Shown one piece after another: positions 1-6,483 of a DNA stretch of 6,816 nt. Numbering within the stretch: the first letter of the stretch is position 1; each line of letters starts with the position of its first letter. Origin of the DNA: Octopus sinensis. Its lineage: Eukaryota. Position numbers and translations under genes: made by a program. Below the pieces are notes generated by a model. That model was not told the DNA's origin, did not search any database, and saw only the letters and a program-made list of their open reading frames with translations. Where the stretch lies: the NCBI RefSeq assembly GCF_006345805.1, contig NW_021829144.1:1-6816 (forward strand). Reading direction: 5' to 3'.

Positions 1-297
1 GGGGGGGCCGTGTTACTGTAGCTTTTTACGTTCTGAGATTTAATAATACATATTTAGAGAGTTACTTCCCTTATATAGTAGCAAAAAAGTACATTAAAAA
101 TGGGAAAAATTAATGGTAATTTTTTTTTTTAATTGTAGACTCATCGTAGACGCGCGCTAATACCCAGAAGGGCTCGATATGAATCACGACTATAAGATAC
201 CCGGTTTTGGTTAAACTGCACCGCAAAATGTGGGAGTAGTTAGGAATCTAAATCGTAGGAGACAGACAGCACACAACCTCACTTTTATATATAAAGA
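1..297 (-). mobile_element. 5' part of a non-autonomous Helitron-like element, running off the left edge
   Basis: The minus strand reads A|TCTTTATATATAAAAGTGAGGTTGTGTGCTGTCTGTCTCC from 298. This gives a 5' TC terminus after a flanking A, a TATATATAAAA tract and a short GTCT repeat, as at the 5' ends of Lep1-type animal Helitrons. The diagnostic 3' hairpin and CTRR end are not in the window. Confidence 0.5.
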
Positions 298-452
298 TAT
301 ATGCATATGTATGTATGTCTGTATGTATATATATGTATGTATGTATACATTTATGTATGTATGTATGTATGCATGTATGTATGTGTGTATGTTTGCATGT
401 ACGTGTTCATCTTATGTGCGTATGTGTGTGTATGCATTGGTGCGTACGTATG
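298..452. repeat. Compound degenerate (TATG)n/(TA)n/(TG)n microsatellite
   Basis: Runs of tatg, tgta and tgtg are visible. They explain the MYVC-type ORFs starting at 230, 301 and 315. Confidence 0.95.
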
Positions 453-886
453 TCAGTCTCTGAGTACATTTGTAATTCTGCGCGCTTGGTATTCGAGAGA
501 AGTGTGTACAGTGTACGATATTACGAAGAAACCCAGTAAGGAAATTCGATAATGGTACGGAATTCCATACTAAATCATCGAAGGACGAAGTGAAATTTTG
601 ATATAAGAAGCCGTGTTACTTCCAAAAGAGGCAACAGATGAACATCAGCTTGACGAGAGCAAACAAATATATCCAGGGAAATTGATAAATTTGAATAAAA
701 CCGGTTGGTTCGAAGCTTGTCTCAAGCTGCTAATGCAGTCCGGCTGGACTTAATTTCACGGCAATATTAAATATATATTGGATATGAGTTCTAATATTTA
801 TTTGTTCGAAGTCCTATGAAATTATCGACTGGCGATTACTTTTGTATCGTTATGTGGATGAATTGGGTTATGAGTTTAGTTAACAT

Positions 887-1019
887 TATTTGCATTATCT
901 ACATTTGACGGATATTTGTCCTTATCTTGTTTGTTGCTAACACCAACGTTTCGACGGATATTTCATCAGCAACAAACACGATGAGGACAAATATCCGTCA
1001 AATGTAAATAGTGTAAATA
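887..1019. repeat. Near-perfect palindrome (52-bp arms, 29-nt loop); MITE-like or Penelope-derived remnant
   Basis: 887-938 is the reverse complement of 968-1019 at 47/52 positions by manual count. The core is tacatttgacggatatttgtcc / ggacaaatatccgtcaaatgta, and the loop is 939-967. Confidence 0.88.
945..969 (-). ncRNA. Degenerate minimal hammerhead-ribozyme core in the palindrome loop
   Basis: The minus strand reads CUGAUGA-AAUAUCCGUC-GAAA-CGUU, with an intact core and a self-complementary AACGUU at stem III. Stem II does not form and stem I is mismatched next to the core. Confidence 0.33.
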
Positions 1020-1214
1020 GGCGTAGGAGTGGCTGTGCGGTATGTAGCTTGCTTACCAACACATGGTTGCGGGTTCAGTCACACTGCGTGACACCTTGGG
1101 CAAATGTCTTCTACTATAGCCTCGGGCCGACCAAAGCCTTGTGAGTGGAGTTGGTAGACGGAAACTGAAAGAAGCCCGTCGTATATATGTCTATATATGT
1201 GTGCGTGCGTGCGT

Positions 1215-1255
<41 letters not shown>

Positions 1256-1477
1256 AGTTTATGTGTCTGTTTTTCCCCTCCCCCAACATCGCTTGACAAC
1301 CGATGCTGGTGTGTTTACGTCCCTGTGACTTAGCAGTTCGGCAAAAGAGAGCGATAAAATAAGTACTAGGCTTACAAAGATAAGTCCCGGGGCCGATTTG
1401 CTCGACTAAAGGCGGTGCTCCAGCATGGCCACAGTCATATGACTGAAACAAGTAAATGAGTAAAAAGAGTAAAAGAG
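1020..1477 (+). mobile_element. Full-length tRNA-derived SINE with CORE-like block (family A)
   Basis: Starts GGCGTAGG. A-box-like TGGCTGTGCGG at 1030-1040, B-box-like GGTTCAGTCAC at 1072-1082, then CORE-like ACCTTGGGCAA and an internal microsatellite. It ends in an (AGTAAAAG)-like tandem tail at 1451-1477. A second homologous copy lies at 4919-5075. Confidence 0.9.
1182..1252. repeat. (TA)/(GTGC)/(GT)16 microsatellite internal to SINE A
   Basis: Perfect (GT)16 at 1221-1252, preceded by tatata and gtgc units. Confidence 0.95.
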
Positions 1478-1545
1478 AATGTACATAATTCTTCATCTCT
1501 TCAATATAGAACTGTAATATTTAGTTAGGCTTCCATAGAAATAAA

Positions 1546-1746
1546 TGACATTCCGTCGATAGCGACGGCCAGGGTTTCAGCTGATCCAACCAGCAGCACA
1601 TCCTGCTCGTAAAATTAACATGCTAGTGACTGTGTACTCCACAAACACACTTACCTTTAACTTAGTTCTCAGGGAGTTTCAGCCTGACACAAAATGTGGA
1701 CCAGTCTGGCCCTTTGAATTACAGGGGCTCTATTTTGCCAGTTGAG
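1546..1746 (-). mobile_element. Old SINE 3' fragment (family B), lacking its head
   Basis: The reverse complement aligns without gaps to 1880-1929 plus 2278-2358 at 84/131 identities by manual count. An exact 14-mer, ctccctgagaacta, occurs at 1663-1676 (-) and 1880-1893 (+). Confidence 0.85.
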
Positions 1747-2358
1747 AAGCCTGGCCATACATTGTGTCCTCGGGCAAGACACCTTATTTCACATAGCTCC
1801 GGTTCGCTCAGCTGGCAAAAATAAGTTGTGTCTGTATTGCAAAGGGGCCAGCCTTGACACATCCTGTTCCATACTTAATCTCCCTGAGAACTACGTTAAG
1901 GGCACGCACATCCGTTGATTCTTCAGCATGCGGAGACCCCCTTTCCGTTACAAATGACGATGGGATTACACCTAGAAATTTCCCCTCCGACGCACAAGCC
2001 TGGGCAAGATTGTTTATGGGAGACCAACAGTCGCCCATGCATACCAGCCTCTACTCTCCATGCCATCGATATGCCCCAAGGAAAAGGCAAAGGGGCCGAT
2101 ACAGCTTGGCACCAGTGACGTCGCAACTCATTTCTACAGCTGGGTGAACTGGAGCAACGTGAAATAAAGTGTCTTGCTCAAGAACAGAACACGCAGCCTA
2201 GTCCGGGTTTTGGACTCACAACCTCACAGTCGTAAGCTCGACACTCTAACCACTGAGCCATGCGCCTTCTTCAGCATATTGCACGCTAATCTCATGACCA
2301 GGCTGTTCCGTTGATTGGATGAACTGGGTTCCTTGTCTTCCCAACAGACTGAAGGCCA
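1747..2358 (+). mobile_element. Old SINE (family B) with CORE-like block, 5'-truncated and split by a younger SINE at 1930-2266
   Basis: CORE-like tgtgtcctcgggcaagacaccttatttcac...cagctggcaaaaataag at 1763-1826. The body resumes at 2278 after the duplicated ttcttcagcat. It is homologous to 1546-1746. Confidence 0.85.
1930..2266 (-). mobile_element. Full-length tRNA-derived CORE-type SINE (family C) with 11-bp TSD
   Basis: The minus strand starts GGCGCATGGCTCAGTGGTTAGAG. The A box is at 2250-2260 and a degenerate B box at 2206-2216. A CORE-like block TTGAGCAAGACACTTTATTTCAC...CAGCTGTAGAAATGAG follows. The element is flanked by a perfect direct repeat TTCTTCAGCAT at 1919-1929 and 2267-2277. 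Confidence 0.92.
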
Positions 2359-2822
2359 GTAACTCTAGATATAAGAATAATTCAAAATGATCCTCAAATT
2401 TGAGCTTGCCAACGACCATCGCTCAAGGCTGCACCTTAGAAACACATCAGCGACTCGATATTATTATTTTGTTCAACATCCTGACGGGTAACTGTGGGGA
2501 ATGTTGTAAAAAGCTGCAAGAACTGAAGGTGAACAAATGAAGATGGTATTGTTGTTGCAGAGTGTGGTTTTTGCCAGCATGTAGAAGTGGAGAAAATTAC
2601 CAAATGACAGAAGAGAGGCCTGTAGGGACTTGTGAGACGAGGAACATCTCAGTCGCGTTAGTGCAAGGATCTGTGGACAGAAACCTGTGTCAAGTAACGC
2701 AAGATACAACAATGAAAACTGGAAAAGCACCAACAATAATAGAAGAGTGAAAATAATAGGTTTGAATGTATCTTGGACTTTTAGGTAAATCCAATGAGTT
2801 ACTCCATTTATATTCTCATAGA

Positions 2823-2868
2823 TGTGTGTGTGTGTGTGTGTTTGTGTGTTTGTGGTGTGTGTGTGTGT

Positions 2869-2910
<42 letters not shown>
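2823..2910. repeat. Interrupted (TG)n microsatellite
   Basis: About 88 bp of TG with ttt and tgg interruptions, followed by a degenerate TA/TATG tract to about 2985. Confidence 0.97.
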
Positions 2911-2912
<2 letters not shown>

Positions 2913-3133
2913 TTAGAAAATATATAACAGATATATATGTACGCATGTATATATGGATATGCATATATGTGTAAGTATATATATAACGTAAAGGAATTTG
3001 CGTAGGACATTAGGACGCTTAACCCGCAGAAACAAGTGTCGGGCTGGAATTTAATGAGAGTAATACTGAAATAAATAATTTTTGAATATATTAATTCTCT
3101 TTTCTTCTTTATGATGTCTTGACTATATATCCA

Positions 3134-3176
3134 CTCTCTCCCTCCCTCTCCCTCTCTCTCTCTCTCTCTTTCTCTC
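3134..3176. repeat. (CT)n / CCCT polypyrimidine microsatellite
   Basis: Direct reading of the sequence. Confidence 0.95.
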
Positions 3177-3200
3177 AGACTATATATATTAATAATTATA

Positions 3201-3225
3201 TGTATGTGTATGTGTGCATGTGTGT

Positions 3226-3285
<60 letters not shown>

Positions 3286-3304
3286 TGTGTGTGTGTGTGT
3301 GTGT
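3201..3304. repeat. Interrupted (TG)n microsatellite
   Basis: About 104 bp of TG, with a TATG-type start and one tgg interruption. Confidence 0.97.
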
Positions 3305-3386
3305 AGAAGGCTGAAAAGGAACACACGAGTTGATATATATATGGAGAGAAAGTCAAGGTATAAAATGCTAAAATAATTTTATAAAA

Positions 3387-3437
3387 ATACATTTCAGTCC
3401 CGGTTTCGGTCATTGAGACCTTTTCAACTATAAGTAT
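3387..3437 (-). ncRNA. Minimal type I hammerhead-ribozyme-like motif, U3-A8 core variant, cleavage triplet mutated
   Basis: The minus strand reads AUACUUAUAG-UUGAAAA-GGUC-UCAAU-GACC-GAAA-CCGG-GA-CUGAAAUGUAU. Stem II is a perfect 4 bp. Stem I has about 9 pairs with one mismatch and one bulge. Stem III carries a palindromic CCGG, and U16.1 is replaced by G. Confidence 0.45.
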
Positions 3438-3583
3438 GGAGAACAATAAAATTTTGGAATAATCAAATGAAAAGTATTTTAAAAGAATATTTGCAGAGAA
3501 TTCAAATACAAGGGGCATTTTCCTTGCTTCTGCCTGTCTCTGTCTCTCTTGTTTACTCTTGTCGTTTCGAGATGTATGTATAT

Positions 3584-3665
3584 TTAAAATATATACGTTT
3601 GGATGGATGAATGTTTGTATGTGTGTATGTATGTATGTATGTGCGTCAATGCTCGCGTGTGTGTG
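3584..3665. repeat. Degenerate (TATG)n/(TG)n/(GGAT)n tract
   Basis: Direct reading of the sequence. Confidence 0.8.
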
Positions 3666-3892
3666 GTGGGGGTGCAGGTGTGCAGTTATCTATTTAACGG
3701 CAATGAATAAGACGTGTCTTTCCATTTTAATCTTAAGTAAAATTACTTGAGAACAAATTATGCTTAAATATTTTCGCCAGAATAATAAAAGTCTGCTTGA
3801 TAATAGAAAACGCTTATTCCAGCGACGGTTATGGCATGGCCATCGCTTGGGGATATTCCGGACAGTGGCGAAGAGTGACAGAAATATATTCT

Positions 3893-3989
3893 TAATAATG
3901 ATAATAACAATGATGATGGTGATGATGATGATGATGATGACGACGACGACGGCAGCGGTGGTGGGGGTGGGGTTTTTGATGATGATGAT
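3893..3989. repeat. Compound trinucleotide tract (AAT)-(GAT)n-(GAC)n-(GGT)-(GAT)n
   Basis: Direct reading. It accounts for the poly-M, poly-T and poly-I stretches in ORFs 3690-4079 and 3760-4041. Confidence 0.93.
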
Positions 3990-4140
3990 TTCAGAAGAAC
4001 TGTTTCCCGTTGTTTTTACTACTGACAACGACAGAGTCTGAAACGAATGAAACAAATGATAGGCGACGTGGAAAAGCACGGATAATATTTGATAGGAAAT
4101 TGGAAGAAATAAATCATTTGAGAGTAATGAATAGAAGGGT

Positions 4141-4172
4141 AGAAAGAGAGAGTGAGAGAGAGAGAGAGAGAG
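4141..4172. repeat. (AG)n microsatellite
   Basis: Direct reading of the sequence. Confidence 0.95.
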
Positions 4173-4183
4173 TTAGGCAGATT

Positions 4184-4251
4184 GATAGATAGATATATAC
4201 ATACATAAACAGACAGACATATACAAACTCCCACGCACACACAGATGGATG

Positions 4252-4286
<35 letters not shown>

Positions 4287-4307
4287 TAGATAGATAGATA
4301 GATAGAT

Positions 4308-4338
<31 letters not shown>

Positions 4339-4406
4339 GCATACATACATAGACAGACAGATTTACAAACTCACGCACACACATACACACATAGATAGAT
4401 AGATAG
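4184..4406. repeat. Compound (GATA)n array containing a duplicated CATA-CAGA-tacaaactc-CACA module
   Basis: The long GATA run is at 4252-4338. The module occurs at about 4184-4242 and 4328-4382. Confidence 0.95.
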
Positions 4407-4709
4407 CTTTCTCTCACTCTTTCTTCCTACTTCTCCCACAATGCAGAAGAACCATGGTGTAACCCATTATGGTGTGGTAAACTTTCAGGCCCTAGTCTAG
4501 ATTGCGAATCTTCTGAACTCCAAGATAGTTTAGCTCCCCACCCGTTAAAAGCCACCGTTTACGGAATGAGGATAACAACGTAGCTTTCGTGCCCGTGCAA
4601 TCGCCAGTCTATCGCGTGTTGTGGGTGGATGCCGCACGCATTCTTAGTAGCTTAGAGTAGGCTCGAATTAGAGATTATTCTTTGTGGCTAATGACGTGAG
4701 TCCTGATTG

Positions 4710-4823
4710 GAAGAAGAAGAAGAAGAAGAAGAAGAAGAAGAAGAAGAAGAAGAAGAAGAAGAAGAAGAAGAAGAAGAAGAAGAAGAAGAAGAAGAAGAAG
4801 AAGAAGAAGAAGAAGAAGAAGAA
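4710..4823. repeat. Perfect (GAA)38 trinucleotide repeat
   Basis: 114 bp without interruption. It explains the poly-F, poly-L and poly-S ORFs on the minus strand. Confidence 0.99.
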
Positions 4824-4918
4824 AACAGCAACAACAACGCGCGAAAGATGAAACCAAATTGCATCATCACCCCTTGAAAAAAAATTTTTTAAATAGGAAG
4901 AATACAATGGACAAATAC

Positions 4919-5075
4919 CTTTTTATCTTTTACTTTTTTTAGTCATTCAACTGCGGCCATGCTAGAGCACAGCATTGAAGACCTTTTTAGTAGAAAGAAT
5001 CGATCCCTGGCACTTAATTTTTAAAGTCTTCTTTTGCTGAACTGCTAATATTACGGAACGTAAAAACATACGAGC
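4919..5075 (-). mobile_element. 5'-truncated, diverged copy of SINE family A (3' end and tail)
   Basis: 4951-4970 matches the reverse complement of 1415-1434 at 18/20. 5030-5048 matches the reverse complement of 1330-1348 at 18/19. A T-rich tail complement lies at 4919-4940. The right boundary is approximate. Confidence 0.88.
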
Positions 5076-5760
5076 AACGTCCTAGATTTACAAAACGTCG
5101 GGATGGTCATGGCTGTAACGTATTTTCTTTTTGTTTTGTAGCTCATCTCAATGAGGACTATCTCATGGTTAAACAGTAACTATATAAGAAGAACACAACC
5201 TGTAAAATATTGAGTCTGCAGACAGCAGACTGAGGAAATATCCATTATATATTGACAAGTTAAAAGCTGTCAACTAAATATGCAACATTCTATCGTTATT
5301 GAGTGAATAGATGACACGTGCAGTAACCAATTATTTCGTTTTCAATTCTACTACGTATTGGATTGTCTATTCCAATTTATTAATGGTATTATTTCATTGA
5401 TAGCTATGACGACGAGCAGAATATATGAGAGAGAGAGAAGAAAAAGAGAGAGTATCTCTACAGCCGGTGTTTTGTAACTTTAATAATAATATATAACCAT
5501 CTCGCAATCATTTCCATATGAATCTGAGACGCCAAAGCTGCGCTAGACTATAGTTAAGTTAGTGTTAACACATTTAATGTGAGGAGTATTCAAAATATTA
5601 ACTAAAAATAATCATACGGTGAAGTGAAGACGGCAGTTGTCAAGGAATTGGAATTTTTCTATCAAATATAGGAAACAGCACAAAACATTTCTAAACAAAC
5701 CTATAATATTTTAATACATTTATTTGGAGGTCTTCACGTCATTGCTTCCATAATTATAGT

Positions 5761-5820
5761 GAAGTCCTATGCTTCGTTGATGAGTCCATAACAAGGCCGA
5801 AACATTTCTGGAATTGCTTC
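5761..5820 (+). ncRNA. Degenerate minimal type I hammerhead-ribozyme-like motif
   Basis: Reads GCUUCG-UUGAUGA-GUCC-AUAACAA-GGCC-GAAA-CAU-UUC-UGGA. The core spacing is correct and the putative cleavage site follows C5808. Deviations are C3U, one stem II mismatch and a stem III mismatch. Confidence 0.42.
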
Positions 5821-6141
5821 CTGTAATTCGTTAGTAATCAGTATTATTTTTTTACTCGCTTTAAATTATTTCTAGTCATTTTGTTATGTGTTCATTGCAT
5901 TAAATATCTCGACACCAACTTTACTACAAATATTTTAACAATATTAATTCGCTGAAATTAATTCCTGGCGCCACGAATCTCCTTTATGCCGAGTTTAACT
6001 AAACATTTGAATCATACAATAAGATATTTTTCCATTATATTTCCAGTGACATCTTAGAGACATCAGATCGCTGTAATTTAAAATTTACAACAAAAAGAAA
6101 CATATCGAACCTCCAGGCAATCTACGCACTCTACGTTGACA

Positions 6142-6214
6142 TCTCCTCTTTATCCTTCTATCTCTTTCTCTCGTTCTTTCTCCTTCTATCCCCCCTCTCT
6201 GTCTCTTTCTTTCT

Positions 6215-6261
<47 letters not shown>

Positions 6262-6312
6262 TCTGCTTATGCATCTGTCTCTCGCCCTCTCTCTCTCTCT
6301 TTCTCTCTCCCC
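6142..6312. repeat. Polypyrimidine (CT/CTTT) tracts flanking a perfect (AT)19
   Basis: (AT)19 is at 6221-6258, with CT-rich tracts on both sides. Confidence 0.95.
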
Positions 6313-6412
6313 TTGCACACACAATAATTTATTTAACTAGTCTCATTATAGACATAATACAATTTGATTTCCCATGCCACGGTAACCTGATTACCAGCGA
6401 TAGAGGCATCGA

Positions 6413-6483
6413 CAGCAGCAGCAGCAACAACGACAACCGTGGAAACACCGAAAGGCATTGACATCGTTATTGTTATTGTTATT
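6413..6483. repeat. Short (CAG)4-(CAA/CGA) tract and (GTTATT)3
   Basis: The tracts are at 6413-6437 and 6466-6483. Confidence 0.8.

Noticed and set aside
230-552. ORFs 230-463, 301-552 and 315-539
   Set aside because: They are translations of the TATG/TG microsatellite (MYVC repeats), with no coding signal.
1020-1090. tRNA gene at the heads of SINE A and SINE C (about 2195-2266)
   Set aside because: A and B boxes are present, but I cannot fold a complete cloverleaf with an acceptor stem. Both run into CORE-like SINE bodies, so they are tRNA-derived heads and not tRNA genes.
1114-2147. ORFs 1114-1299, 1191-1496, 1808-2038, 1854-2147, 1915-2118 and 1923-2126
   Set aside because: They lie essentially within SINE sequence, and some cross the TSD junction between two different elements. 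They are open by chance.
2473-2964. Longest ORF (163 aa, minus strand) and overlapping 2562-2750 (+)
   Set aside because: The N-terminus is an HT repeat from (CA)n and the remainder has no motif I recognise. An exon or decayed LINE fragment in 2470-2810 cannot be excluded without BLASTX or RNA-seq.
298-3665. All TG/TATG tracts in the left half have the same strand polarity
   Set aside because: There are only about five tracts and one is dictated by SINE orientation. This is too few to distinguish from chance.
3690-4350. Poly-M, poly-T, poly-I, ER and IYLS ORFs
   Set aside because: They are produced by GAT, GAC, AG and GATA repeats.
4668-4907. Poly-F, poly-L and poly-S ORFs
   Set aside because: These are the three minus-strand frames of (TTC)38.
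5213-5273. Small hairpins agtctgc-agaca-gcagact and ttgaca...tgtcaa; similar 5-9 bp stems at 714-728, 3732-3751, 5562-5571 and 6381-6395
   Set aside because: Stems this short are expected by chance in 6.8 kb, and there is no supporting context. The ttgaca match to a bacterial -35 box is irrelevant in eukaryotic DNA.
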